Below are positions 41,310 through 51,904 of a stretch of DNA of 64,000 nucleotides, in pieces. This stretch comes from Pseudomonadota bacterium (GTDB taxonomy: Bacteria; Bdellovibrionota_C; UBA2361; OMII01), in contig JAYPVM010000003.1 in the NCBI GenBank assembly GCA_038134595.1, forward strand, positions 42,131 to 106,130. Direction: 5' to 3'. Each line of letters begins with the position of its first letter. Within the stretch, counting starts at the first letter, position 1. A program made the translations under genes and the position numbers. Under the pieces are notes generated by a model. That model had not been told where the DNA came from. It did not search any database and was given only the letters and a program-made list of their open reading frames with translations.

Positions 41310-41857
41310 AATAATTTCTTCACATAAGGTCTGTACGGAGTATTTCAATTAATGGCGGCTTCGTGTTGCTTTGTTGAGACCCTAGTATCGTGAGAGTGAG
41401 CCGACAGTTCAAGTTGTATTTTCGCCTAAGTAGAAGGAGATGGGTCCCTACAGCTTGGTGCCTTTTTCTGAAAACACGACTCGATACAATCGGCTTTGGC
41501 CAGCTGTATGAGTAGGCGCATACTCAGACTTGCTGTAGTGTCATAGAAGAGATTGAAGCTAATTGTTGCAGCAGTATTTTTTGGGGGCAGATGACTGATT
41601 AGTATGTCCCTAGGTGTTTAGGGTGGTGAGGCATCAGCCGAGTTGAGCTCCTTGCTCTAACGGTGGTTTCTCGTTTGTAGGTGGAATGTGCCTTGTGAAT
41701 CCATATCTTCCACGGTGTATGTCTCCAGATACATTAGCAAGGAATAGAGGTAAGCGATTGATAAATGGCGGAGGGGATAATGTTTGTGTCGCTTTTCGTT
41801 CTAACGCCATACTGATTTAGTGGTTTTTTGTTTGAAGTACGTGAGTAGGGAGAGAGT

Positions 41858-43039
41858 ATGAATTGTAGCAGGGAGATAAGTATCATGAGAAATGTAGTGC
41901 GTTGTTGGGGGTGTATTTGCCTGGCATTTGTCGTAGCAAATGCGATGTTCATTGTGAATGCTTATGCGGATCCGAAGTTTCAAGATTTCTACTTTCAGCA
42001 ACATCAGAGGCGTTTTGGTACTGAGGCACGCGATGGACGGATGTTTGCGATGGCTGGCAGTACATCTTTGGTATCACGTAATAGCGTGAGTGCGGGGACA
42101 AACCCAGCCGGCCTTGGTTTGATGGAACAAGGAGATGTCTCAGCAGTTTATGGCTACAATGAAGTATCGGGTAATGTATTTCCGACCAGGGAGCGAGTCA
42201 AAGACAAACAGCACATGGGACAGATTTTTGGGGCAATTCCTCTAGGGCCTGTCAAAGATGATTTGCCTGACTATGGAAATCTGGCAATTGGATGGAAGGG
42301 AGATATTGGCGATTGGAAAGGAGACCCCACTGATACAGAATCGAGATCTCATGAGGTAACGGGGGCGTATGCCGCGGCTATCGGCGAGTCTGCGAGTATG
42401 GGATATAGTCTTACATATCTGAATGATAAAGTTGAATTCACTGGACATGATTATGATGCAACTGAAAGTTTTATTCATCGGCTTGGAGTGCAGTATCGGG
42501 ATACAGAGGATTTAATTTTTGGTGCAACTGCTTCATTTGCGCATGGCTCGCATGATCTGTCACACAAGGAGGCTATAGGTATAGATCAGACCGTCGATCA
42601 TTTTGGCTTTGGGATAGGATTGGGCGCCCAGTACACTATGGACGCTACTAGTGTTGCCTTCGGAGCAGATTATAACTACTACGACAACAAAGGAGTAAAC
42701 CAGATTCCAAATGACACAGCATGGGGCGGAGATGCGTTCGGGCATGCGATGAACTTTAAAGTTGGTTTGGAACAGTTTGTTCAAAGCTGGCTAGCGCTTC
42801 GCGCCGGATATCGATATGCGGCTAACTTTAGTTGGAATTACAAGCGGCCCGACCTCGACTCGATTGATGGAGGGGCTAAGTATAATGCTTGGTCATTAGG
42901 AGCAGGCCTCCGCTTACCACTTAACGGCTCAAATATCCAAGAAATACGCCTGGATTATGGGGTTGAGTACCGCGCCGTGGGTCGGGATGATTGGGAGCAC
43001 TTAATATCGCTCGTGGCTCCGTTTGATATCTGCCTGTAA
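41858..43039 (+). CDS. outer-membrane beta-barrel protein, FadL/OmpP1-like
   Basis: Signal peptide, R..AMAG....NPAGL motif, amphipathic beta strands, LRAGY. Confidence 0.7.
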   Translation: MNCSREISIMRNVVRCWGCICLAFVVANAMFIVNAYADPKFQDFYFQQHQRRFGTEARDGRMFAMAGSTSLVSRNSVSAGTNPAGLGLMEQGDVSAVYGYNEVSGNVFPTRERVKDKQHMGQIFGAIPLGPVKDDLPDYGNLAIGWKGDIGDWKGDPTDTESRSHEVTGAYAAAIGESASMGYSLTYLNDKVEFTGHDYDATESFIHRLGVQYRDTEDLIFGATASFAHGSHDLSHKEAIGIDQTVDHFGFGIGLGAQYTMDATSVAFGADYNYYDNKGVNQIPNDTAWGGDAFGHAMNFKVGLEQFVQSWLALRAGYRYAANFSWNYKRPDLDSIDGGAKYNAWSLGAGLRLPLNGSNIQEIRLDYGVEYRAVGRDDWEHLISLVAPFDICL

Positions 43040-43126
43040 TAGAGCGTGTTGTTGGGGGTGTAAGAAAGAGTCTTTTGTGTTACCTGTGCTAATGTAGTGT
43101 GAAGCCGATGTTGGTGCAGGTTTTTT

Positions 43127-43831
43127 ATGTCTCCAAAAAAAGTATTGCTGGTAGCCGCAACAGTTCGAGAGGTAGAGGAGATCGCTTCCTCTCTGGGATG
43201 TAACGGAATTCACAGTATCGAGTTTAACGGTGGTGGAGCTCTTCTTCAGGGTGAGAAGCTCGATTGTCTTGTGACTGGAGTGGGCCAATTTTTCACAACT
43301 CTTGCTCTTACCGAAACCTTTAAGCAGGAGAGCTATGCTACTGCAATTCAGGTGGGAGTCGGCGGAAGTTTTTCTGATGAGTATCCGATCGGCTCTGTTG
43401 TCTCGATTGTTGAAGATGGATTTGCAGATTGTGGAGCAGAGTCTCTAGATGGTTTTTTGGACCTATTTGAAATGGCATTATGGGATCCTGATAAAGCACC
43501 ATTTTCGAAGGGGATCGTTTTACAACAACCTTACGCGTTACGCCGGATGACAGGACTGCCTGAAGTTCGGGGTGTTACGGTAAACAGAACATTAAGCTCT
43601 CCAGGAAGTATTAACTGGGTTGTTGAGCGATTTTCTCCGATAGCGGTATCGATGGAGGGAGCCGCTTTTCTCTATTTATGCGCCTACTTTGGAGTACCGT
43701 GCTTACAGATTCGAGCAATTTCAGATCGCGTTGGACCAAGGAATAAGTCTGCATGGGATATTCCCGGTGCTCTTAAAGCACTTCAAAAGCCCGTATGCGG
43801 TATTATTACGCGTCTTATTGCCCTGCAGTGA
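43127..43831 (+). CDS. mqnB: futalosine hydrolase
   Basis: LLVAAT..E, TGVG, GVGGSF, TVN, SMEGAA, IRAISDRVGPR...W. Confidence 0.85.
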   Translation: MSPKKVLLVAATVREVEEIASSLGCNGIHSIEFNGGGALLQGEKLDCLVTGVGQFFTTLALTETFKQESYATAIQVGVGGSFSDEYPIGSVVSIVEDGFADCGAESLDGFLDLFEMALWDPDKAPFSKGIVLQQPYALRRMTGLPEVRGVTVNRTLSSPGSINWVVERFSPIAVSMEGAAFLYLCAYFGVPCLQIRAISDRVGPRNKSAWDIPGALKALQKPVCGIITRLIALQ

Positions 43832-44441
43832 GAGAGTCAAAGACGATTTTTGCATGATGAGAAAGTTCCTGACGTGAGCTTTCGTTAGCTAGTATATAGT
43901 CACTGCGGTTGGCTTTCTCTTCCTCTGGTAGTTGGGCATGGATTCTCTGTAGCGCCTGCTCTCTTGTAACGTTATCACGCGCGATTATTCTCTGGACCCT
44001 GGTTTCGACCGGTGCAGTAACGAGTATTATTCGATCTAGTTCTGGCCTTGGTGTTGCCGTTTCAAAGAGCAGTGGTACTACATATACAATTAGATCAGGC
44101 TGTTGGGCTTTTAGGTCATCAAGACGTTTAAGCCAGGCGCTTCGGATGGCAGGGTGCAAGATCCCTTCGAGCCGTTCTCGTTTTTCCCTGTTTTCAAAAA
44201 TAATTTTACCCATTTTAACTCGGTCGAGTTCCCCCGTTTGCGGAGTGATTACATCGGAACCCTCGAAGGCTCTTTTTATAGCTGCGAGGGTGGGGCTACC
44301 GGGAGAGATTACCTCGCGGGCAATAATATCAGCGTCCACTACCTTGGCACCCCACTGTTCAAAGAGGCTGGCAACTTCAGTTTTTCCCGCCCCGATTCCT
44401 CCAGTGAGACCAACTACGGTCAGCTTTTTGTTTGTTTTCAT
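43815..44441 (-). CDS. coaE: dephospho-CoA kinase
   Basis: GLTGGIGAGKT, DADIIAR, LDR..F, LHP.I, PLLFE. Confidence 0.96.
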   Translation of the reverse strand: MKTNKKLTVVGLTGGIGAGKTEVASLFEQWGAKVVDADIIAREVISPGSPTLAAIKRAFEGSDVITPQTGELDRVKMGKIIFENREKRERLEGILHPAIRSAWLKRLDDLKAQQPDLIVYVVPLLFETATPRPELDRIILVTAPVETRVQRIIARDNVTREQALQRIHAQLPEEEKANRSDYILANESSRQELSHHAKIVFDSLTAGQ

Positions 44442-45022
44442 GGTGTATGTCTCCATCCTAGAGGTGATTTTTGCGCGAGTGTTTTCTTGATATTGTACTT
44501 TTACTGTATTGTCAGATGCTCTTAATGTTCGTGTCAAACTACTTTAAGCGGCTAGGAGGCGTTTTTGAGGTTCCTATCGGAGACGGCGTAGCTACCTGTT
44601 TTTGCGAGTTTATTGTGGATGACTAGCCTGCTTTTGGGAGCGCTGTGTCTTTTGGGCCGGGTCGAAAGAGAATATGCTCGCATCAGCTTTGGGTCCAGAG
44701 CCTGAGACTTCTTGTCCCTCTGTTATTGAGCAAGGGGAACAGGGCAAAGTAATGGTCTTTTTAGTGTGAGCAAGGGGCTAGCTTCAATTTGAAAGGGGGT
44801 TAATGCGATTGGTTGATAAGTTGGGTTCTTTTTTGGGAAGGGGTGTTGTATCTCTGGAGTCAATGGTAAATAGTGTCTTATTGGATAGCTTTTCGGAGCA
44901 ATGGCGTGTAAGAGGATATAAGTAGTTATTGTACGTTGTTGCGGAGCAGGAGGTATACCCAAGGATGATTTTTGAGGGCCGAATTTATCAGCTAGAGCAG
45001 GCTGCTATTGAGAGGAGGTGTC

Positions 45023-45667
45023 ATGTCTAATACAGAATCCAACGTTCCGGGAGATACGGATAATACCGACAACGACCCTGATCTGACCCCGAGCGAGGAG
45101 GCTCGAATTGAGGCGTATAGTGCCTCTGAGCAGGTGAATGAGGAGTCGCAGGACGGCGATGAAGAGGAAACGTGGAGTAATCAGTCTGGTAACAATGATT
45201 CTGATGAAGATGATTTTGAAGGAGATGACGACGCATCCGATGGCGATGATGAGCAATCGACACCACTTAGAAAGAAGATCGAGACTGGAATTGATGTTTT
45301 GACTGAGGAGTTGCCGTTTCGAGCAGAAAAAGCTGCTGCACGTCTAAAACCCTTTTTGTCGGCGCGGGTTGTTTTTGAGTTGAGTAATTCGGACAAGAGG
45401 TTTCTATTTGATTGGACTGACAACGGGCCAGTGGTTTCGACTCTGGCCAATGAGGCGAAGCTTCTTCTGGAAGAGATAGGGGCTGTAAAGGATGGTGAGA
45501 TTCAGGTGGACACCATCATAACGTTGTCGGAACGGGCGGTAATGTCAATTCGATCTGGAGATCTCAATCCTCAAGTCGGTATGCTTACAGATAAGATTCG
45601 TGTTGTGGGAAAAGTTTCGCCTGCTGTTTATATTTTTAATGTTATAGCCCCTCGAAGCAGGTCATAA
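45023..45667 (+). CDS. SCP2-like lipid-binding domain protein with acidic N-terminal region
   Basis: D.IITL...I.SGDLNPQ...DKIRVVG SCP2 signature; ~75-aa Asp/Glu-rich leader; AGGAGG RBS. Confidence 0.7.
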   Translation: MSNTESNVPGDTDNTDNDPDLTPSEEARIEAYSASEQVNEESQDGDEEETWSNQSGNNDSDEDDFEGDDDASDGDDEQSTPLRKKIETGIDVLTEELPFRAEKAAARLKPFLSARVVFELSNSDKRFLFDWTDNGPVVSTLANEAKLLLEEIGAVKDGEIQVDTIITLSERAVMSIRSGDLNPQVGMLTDKIRVVGKVSPAVYIFNVIAPRSRS

Positions 45668-45782
45668 GAGCTATTTGAGCTTAGGAAGCGTATCAAAACT
45701 GATCCAAAGAGAAGAGCGCGGATATACAAAGAATGCCGGCTAACAATTTACGGTACGTCACAAGGAAAGGAGAGCTCGTTGA

Positions 45783-46952
45783 ATGCATAATCAAGCTTCA
45801 ATTGATTTACTAAAGGATCTGCAGAAGGAAAAGGTATCCAGAGGCGAGCAGGTTTTGGACCTATCAATGGTCAATCCAGACTTACAACCCCCACGGATGG
45901 TGATGGATAGATTGCTAGAGTTTGTAACTAAGGGTAGCAATCACCGATACGCGGTTTCTCGCGGAGTTCGCAGATTACGAGATGGATTCGCCACAAAATA
46001 TGCTCGTACATTCTCGCAGGAGCTCGACGCAGATAGGGAAGTATGCGTGTGTTTAGGTAGCAAGGACGGAATTTTCAATGTTCTGCGTTATGTCCTGGCC
46101 TCAGGTGATCGAGTAATTGTCTCCTCTCCGTGTTATTCAGCCCATCGTTCTGCAGTTGAGTTGGTTGGTGGTCGAGTTGTTCCGTGGCACGTGTTTGGTG
46201 AGGCAGTCAAAGATGAACATGCTCTCGAGTTGCTTTGTAGGGAGCATGCCCCGAAAGTGCTTCTTCTGAATCTTCCTGCCAATCCTACTGGTTTGGTTGT
46301 AGACAGGGAGTGGTGGGAGCGGGTCGCAAAAATCTGCGCGCGGCACGGGATTGTTTTGGTAAATGATTTTGTGTATGGCGAGATGTGCTTTTCGGGAGAA
46401 CCAGCGACAAGCGGATTAGTCGGGCGGCAGTTTGGTGCCACGTGTGTTGAGGTTTACTCTCTGTCAAAAGCCTATAACGTACCGGGTTGGCGGGTAGGAG
46501 CACTCTTGGGAGATAGTTCCATTATTAGTGGGGTGGCTCGTCTGAAATCTCAAGCCGATTACGGGCTGTTTCTTCCCCTTCAATATGCGGCAAGTTTGGC
46601 GCTCTTGTCGGAAGAAGATTTAGTGTCGGATACGGTAAGAACCTATGAGCGAAGATTGCGACTTCTGATGGCTGGATTAGAGGGCGAGGGGATTGAAATA
46701 TCCAGTCCGAGTGCAGGTGCGTGCCTTTGGATAAGATTTGAGGCTGATTTGCCTCAAGCAGAAGCACCTATGTCACGTTCTACTTCGTTTGCGGCAGGGC
46801 TTCTTGAGGCGCACAATTTAGTTGTTACCCCTGGAGTTATTTTTGGTTCCGAGTACGATTCATTTGTGAGGCTTGCTGCGGTCAGGAGTGATGAATATCT
46901 GCGAGAAGCTGCCCAGCGATTGCGCTCGTATCTTGGAATTGTAAGGCGCTGA
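45783..46952 (+). CDS. PLP-dependent aminotransferase class I/II (AlaC/DapL-like)
   Basis: GSKDG, PANPTG, DFVY, SLSKAYNVPGWRVG. Confidence 0.92.
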   Translation: MHNQASIDLLKDLQKEKVSRGEQVLDLSMVNPDLQPPRMVMDRLLEFVTKGSNHRYAVSRGVRRLRDGFATKYARTFSQELDADREVCVCLGSKDGIFNVLRYVLASGDRVIVSSPCYSAHRSAVELVGGRVVPWHVFGEAVKDEHALELLCREHAPKVLLLNLPANPTGLVVDREWWERVAKICARHGIVLVNDFVYGEMCFSGEPATSGLVGRQFGATCVEVYSLSKAYNVPGWRVGALLGDSSIISGVARLKSQADYGLFLPLQYAASLALLSEEDLVSDTVRTYERRLRLLMAGLEGEGIEISSPSAGACLWIRFEADLPQAEAPMSRSTSFAAGLLEAHNLVVTPGVIFGSEYDSFVRLAAVRSDEYLREAAQRLRSYLGIVRR

Positions 46953-46969
46953 CAGAGGGCAAAAAGGAA

Positions 46970-48115
46970 TTGGATTTTAGAATGATACGAGGCGTTACTT
47001 TTGTGCTAACCATTCTAACCGTCCTTACTCCGACAAGAGTTGTGTTAGGGGAACACGACTGCCTGAAAGCAAGCGACCTTGTCAAGCAGGGTATACGGCT
47101 TAGTAATGCAAGCGAAGAGGAGCTAGGCTTCTATCGGCAAGCGCGTAGTCTCTGCCCGGATATGGCGGAGGCTGTATTTAACATTGGTATTGTCTTACAA
47201 AAACAGGGCAAAGTGGCGGAGGCGGAAAAGAATTTGCGACAGGCTTTGTCTATAAAAAGCGATCCGCGTTTCAGGGTGGCGCTCGGTAGTTTGTTTCAGC
47301 AGGAAAAGAAGTATGATTTAGCAAAAGAACACTATCAGGCGGCACTTGTGGCCGAGGAGAAGTCTCCATTGGCGTACCAGGGAATGGCGAAAGTTTTGCA
47401 GGATGAAGGAAAGGTGCGAGAGGCAGTTTCGCTTCTAGAAGATGCAAAGAAATCCTTACCTTTGGACACGATTACGGCGATCAACTTAGGTATCCTGTAT
47501 GAGGTGGCGCATCGATACGAAGATGCAGGTCGTGAATATCTCAGGGCGACAACTCTTGATTCGAAAAACACTAAAGCTTTTTATCTACGTGGCATGCTCG
47601 AATCTCGATCAGGAAACCTTGCGGAGGCGAAGCGGGCGCTTGAACAAGCTGTTGCGTTGGATGAAAGTTGTGTAGAAGCCATACTTGGTTTGGCCGAGGT
47701 TAATGAAAAGATGAACCGTAGTGTTCTAGCGCAAATTGGATATCGGCGGGTTTTAAAGATACACCCAGATAATATGCTGGCACGGGAACATCTTATTGCG
47801 CTCCTTCTTGACGATCATGCCTATCAGGAGGCGGCAGAGATACTGAAGGCAACAGTTGCACTGGATCCTAAAAGCCCAAAACTCTGGTCGTCGTACGGTC
47901 GAGCTCAAATGGAACTGGGCCAAGTGTTCGATGCCGAAAATAGTTTTAAGAGGTCTCTTGAATTAGATTCGGGTAATGCGCGAGTTCATAACAACTTAGG
48001 TGTACTATATCATCGTCTCGGGAAAATAGATCAAGCACGCGAGCAACTTCAAGAAGCGATGCGGTTAGATCCTACACTTGAAGATTTAGAGGAGAATCTC
48101 AAGATGTTACAGTAG
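46970..48115 (+). CDS. exported tetratricopeptide-repeat protein
   Basis: Signal peptide and multiple TPR units (NIG, NLG, HNNLG..Y..LG). Confidence 0.9.
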   Translation: MDFRMIRGVTFVLTILTVLTPTRVVLGEHDCLKASDLVKQGIRLSNASEEELGFYRQARSLCPDMAEAVFNIGIVLQKQGKVAEAEKNLRQALSIKSDPRFRVALGSLFQQEKKYDLAKEHYQAALVAEEKSPLAYQGMAKVLQDEGKVREAVSLLEDAKKSLPLDTITAINLGILYEVAHRYEDAGREYLRATTLDSKNTKAFYLRGMLESRSGNLAEAKRALEQAVALDESCVEAILGLAEVNEKMNRSVLAQIGYRRVLKIHPDNMLAREHLIALLLDDHAYQEAAEILKATVALDPKSPKLWSSYGRAQMELGQVFDAENSFKRSLELDSGNARVHNNLGVLYHRLGKIDQAREQLQEAMRLDPTLEDLEENLKMLQ

Positions 48116-48669
48116 GGGAGGTATGCAGTTGCGAAGCGAACTTTGATTGGTGAGCTGGTTAGTTCTGTGATTGTTTCGGATCCTCTGTTTACTTAAGAAG
48201 CAATCTGGACAGCCCTTGGCCGGAAATCTTTAGAACTGGGGATCCTTACTAGCAGGGTGGTGAAGACGGCTCTGCTACCCCATAAATCGGATCGATTGAG
48301 TGATACGTTACGATGTTTCAAAAAAAAAGGTGGGAATAGACGATCGCCAAAATGCGGTAAAAGCTAATTCTTTTCAGTGATATAGCAAATTTTAAGTTTG
48401 TTGTAATAAGAACCTTGTTTGCAAGTATCATGATAGCGTAACCCTTAAATGCTCTTTATAGTCAGGAGAGGTTGATTTTTTCGCTTTGAGCGCGGAGAAG
48501 TTAGCCATTATTCTGGCGGTGAGCGACAGAATGTATGTTGTGCGTTGTTATGTTCAACATCACTGTAACCATCGCCGCGGTTTTATAATGTCTATAAGAA
48601 GTCTGACGGCAAGACGATTTCCATGGCTAGGAATTCTTGTCCGGTAAGCAGTTTGATAAAAAAAGATCC

Positions 48670-49818
48670 ATGACAGCAGTTTTGCGGCTTGTTGAGGCCG
48701 ACCAGTTTAGAGAAGAATTAGAGATCCCAGCAGGTAGTGGGGCGGCTTTCCAGGATAGCCATTCTCTGCAAGGGGCATTACAGTATTGTTCCCCGTGGAG
48801 TCCGTATACAGCTCGCTACGTAATTGATAGATTTTCGAAGCCGGGTGAGCGGATACTCGACCCATTATGTGGTATCGGCACCGTGGGGCTTGAAGCCCTT
48901 TTTATGGGGCGGCATTTTGTTGGTGCCGCTTCCGATCATACCCTCGTATCTTTGGCTGAGAGTCGTATTTTCCCAGCTGACTTAGCTGAGGTAGCCTTGC
49001 GCTTGCAGTTCATTCCCTTTAAGCGTCCAGTTAATATAGCAAGTTTTGTAGAGCCGTTTCCAAGTTATTTTCACGTCGCTACTTTTAGAGAGCTTGTTAA
49101 TGCCAAGCTGTCCCTGAAGTCGTCATCGGATAGAGTTTCGCGTTTTATTAACTTTTTAGTTGCAGTTATTCTGCATGGCCACACTACAGGACATCTTTCG
49201 GCCTATACATCGCCCTCGGAAGCCTTATCCGCCAAGGCCCAATACCGCTTGAATGAGAAGCGTGGAGAGGTTCCGTCTTATCGGTCGTTAAGTCCCAGAA
49301 TCTTAAAGAAGGCAGCATTGTTGTTGCGAGATGGAGTTGCTTCGCATCTGAGTGATAATTCATCGCTGGCTAGGGAGGTTTTATACGGTGCCCCGAATGC
49401 ATTAGATAGTATCCAAGGGGATACTATTGACCTGGCGGTAGTAGGTCTGAATCAACCTGGTTTCTTTGAACACGGCATCCGCTCATGGCTGCGTTCCTGG
49501 TGGATAGGTCTCGATGATAGAGAGCTGGCCGATAGAGCGACAGATGTCGATGGTTGGAAAGATGAAGCGAATGAGAATTTGCTTGAAATGGCACGAGTTG
49601 TCAGGAAAGGTGGTAGGGTAGTGTTGCGGGTCGGTTGTGGTCGTATTGGTACGACACGAGTGGATTATTGTGCTGAGATTGAATCGATGGTGACAGAGTG
49701 CTTGGGCTCGTTTTGGCGAATAGAGGGCTCTTTGGCAGAACGATACGTTGGTGGTAAAAAGGCTTTGCACTCCGATGCGAACGGCTCTGCCGAGTTGCTG
49801 GTCTTACGGCGGCGTTAG
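48670..49818 (+). CDS. DNA amino-methyltransferase-like protein lacking the catalytic motif
   Basis: PGERILDPLCGIGT SAM-binding motif and EMARVVRKGG, but DLAVVGLNQPG where TSPPY/F is expected. Confidence 0.7.
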   Translation: MTAVLRLVEADQFREELEIPAGSGAAFQDSHSLQGALQYCSPWSPYTARYVIDRFSKPGERILDPLCGIGTVGLEALFMGRHFVGAASDHTLVSLAESRIFPADLAEVALRLQFIPFKRPVNIASFVEPFPSYFHVATFRELVNAKLSLKSSSDRVSRFINFLVAVILHGHTTGHLSAYTSPSEALSAKAQYRLNEKRGEVPSYRSLSPRILKKAALLLRDGVASHLSDNSSLAREVLYGAPNALDSIQGDTIDLAVVGLNQPGFFEHGIRSWLRSWWIGLDDRELADRATDVDGWKDEANENLLEMARVVRKGGRVVLRVGCGRIGTTRVDYCAEIESMVTECLGSFWRIEGSLAERYVGGKKALHSDANGSAELLVLRRR

Positions 49819-50059
49819 CTTTGTAACCTGTTGATTGCATAGCGGTTCTATGCTGAGTTTGCCCAGCTAGGCAGTTGGGTACTCGACGCTTATCGGCGGT
49901 ATTGCTCCGACACTTTTTTACTAAGGCTTTGTCGGCGTTCTGCCGATGTTGTTCTTACTAGATCAAAACGTTTCGAGATAAAGCAGTAGAAGTCTATTTT
50001 GCATGTGAGCATAGGTCGTGTGACCGGTGCTCGTGCGACTGTTCTCAAGGATGCTTCTT

Positions 50060-51514
50060 ATGGCGAGAGCCTCGGTACCAAGGATCTGTATCGTTGGAGA
50101 ATCTGAAGGAGTGGGCAAGTCTTTACTTGTTGCCGGACTCTTGCTTGCTCTTCGGAAGAGGGGGCTTAGCGTGTCGTGTGCAATATTGGGGACTGCTCTA
50201 CAGCAGGCGGCTGTTTATAGTCACTTGATTAGAAGGTATGTTCGATGTCTAGACGTTGAAATGATTGGATATCAAGGAGTGCTTGATGCGGTGGGTCAGA
50301 TAAGTTCTGGTTCAGATATTGTCATTCTCGATGGCTCGAAAGGAATTTTTGATGGAGGGGGCCAAGATCATACCGTTCCAACCACTGATCTTCTTTGCAT
50401 TCAAAAGGATGAGTTTCCGGCGATTCTTGTGTTTAATGTTGATTACCTGACCCCGTCTATCTTGGCGCGAGTGTACGGATTTGCATCTTTCCCCGATGGC
50501 CCTCCTTTTGATGCTATTTTGTTCAATAGGCTTAGGAGTGTTCCAGATCTCAGTATGCAGAAGAGATTTCAACAGCTGCTTTATGACACGGGGGCACCAG
50601 AGTGTGTGGGTTACGTGCCTAACGTTACTCTTTCTGGCGAATTTCCTCGGAGTGACGATTGCCAAGGTGTTAATCGAGTCGCTGTGCCGATCCAGTTTTT
50701 AAGTATGGTTTCGCAAGCAGTCGAGTCATTTCTCGATATTGATAAGATTCTTGAGTGTGCGGCCGCGGCAAAGGATTTTGAGTTTCAACCGATTGATCCT
50801 CTTGTTAAGAGGGGGAGAGCTCGACTCGCGGTTGCTCATGATGGGTGTTTTAGCGTGAGCTTTCAAGATAATCTCGATCTTCTACGTCTAGCGGGTGCCG
50901 AAATCGTATCGTTTTCTCCTTTGGCAGACAGTAGCATTCCGACTGGAGTTGGCGGGGTATATCTGCCCGGTGGTTGTATTGCGGGATACGCGGAGATACT
51001 AGAACGTAATACTGATCTCGCTGACTCTCTCAGAAGCTTTGTCGGTGATGGTGGGGTTCTATTCTCCGAAGGAGCGGGAACAGCCCTACTTGCTAGGACT
51101 TTTCGCCCTGAGGGTAGTGACAGAGCCTATAAAGGATTTGGCATTTTACCAATCGATGTCGTTCAAGATTTGCCGAGTTTCTCCTTCGTACAGTTCTGTG
51201 TGACTCAGTCTTGTATTCTCGGTGATGAGGGGATGGAGTTCAATGCTCTGGCTCCATCGGATTGGAAACTTATTCCAAACTCCGCCAATGAACTGAAAGC
51301 AGAATACGTACTAGGGTGGAAAACTCATACGGGATTCGCGGGGCGTGAAGGATTGTCTGTAACAGGTCAATCCTGTTCAACGTTTAATTTTATTCATTTT
51401 GGGTCAAATCCTTTCATTGTAAAAAATCTACTTTCGGCGATTACTACCCATCAGGAGTCTGTGCAAAAGCGTTCGAAATCCTCTGGAGAGTCTCTAGCCG
51501 CTCATAAACATTAG
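50060..51514 (+). CDS. CobB/CbiA (cobyrinate a,c-diamide synthase)-like protein, degenerate
   Basis: GVGKS P-loop, DG.KGIFDG, RLAVAHD..F..F.DNLDLL, FSPL.D, YLPGG; SEGAG replaces AECGG. Confidence 0.75.
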   Translation: MARASVPRICIVGESEGVGKSLLVAGLLLALRKRGLSVSCAILGTALQQAAVYSHLIRRYVRCLDVEMIGYQGVLDAVGQISSGSDIVILDGSKGIFDGGGQDHTVPTTDLLCIQKDEFPAILVFNVDYLTPSILARVYGFASFPDGPPFDAILFNRLRSVPDLSMQKRFQQLLYDTGAPECVGYVPNVTLSGEFPRSDDCQGVNRVAVPIQFLSMVSQAVESFLDIDKILECAAAAKDFEFQPIDPLVKRGRARLAVAHDGCFSVSFQDNLDLLRLAGAEIVSFSPLADSSIPTGVGGVYLPGGCIAGYAEILERNTDLADSLRSFVGDGGVLFSEGAGTALLARTFRPEGSDRAYKGFGILPIDVVQDLPSFSFVQFCVTQSCILGDEGMEFNALAPSDWKLIPNSANELKAEYVLGWKTHTGFAGREGLSVTGQSCSTFNFIHFGSNPFIVKNLLSAITTHQESVQKRSKSSGESLAAHKH

Positions 51515-51904
51515 GACGTAACCCTTTTAGGTATTTTTCCGGTTAGCGAGCGTAGTGCGGAGGTGTTCCAAATGGCATGCAAAGGTTTGTTCTTGCATGG
51601 GATATCGTTAAACTGTTAGTACAGTATCCTTTATTGTATTTGTTTCTAATTCAGGTTTTATGCTGAGAGTTGCTTCTTTTACCAAAAAGAGGATACTGAC
51701 CAGGATTTATGGATATTGGCTAACGGTTACTATTTGCGAAAGAGGTAACTGTTCGAACTGGCTAGGTCCTTTCGAAAAAGGAGCCCGTGAGCGGTCCCCA
51801 AGTCGCTGCTACACTGTTGTAGGTAGGTGACGTAAGATTTTTATTGCACCGCGACGGATTAGACCGATGCCTAAAAAAGGATTGATAAGAGAAGATATAC
51901 ATAC

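Noticed and set aside
43909..44490. Long antisense ORFs (43909-44490, 33194-33733, 61251-61847, 889-1374)
   Set aside because: Each lies opposite a well-supported gene and has no recognisable motifs
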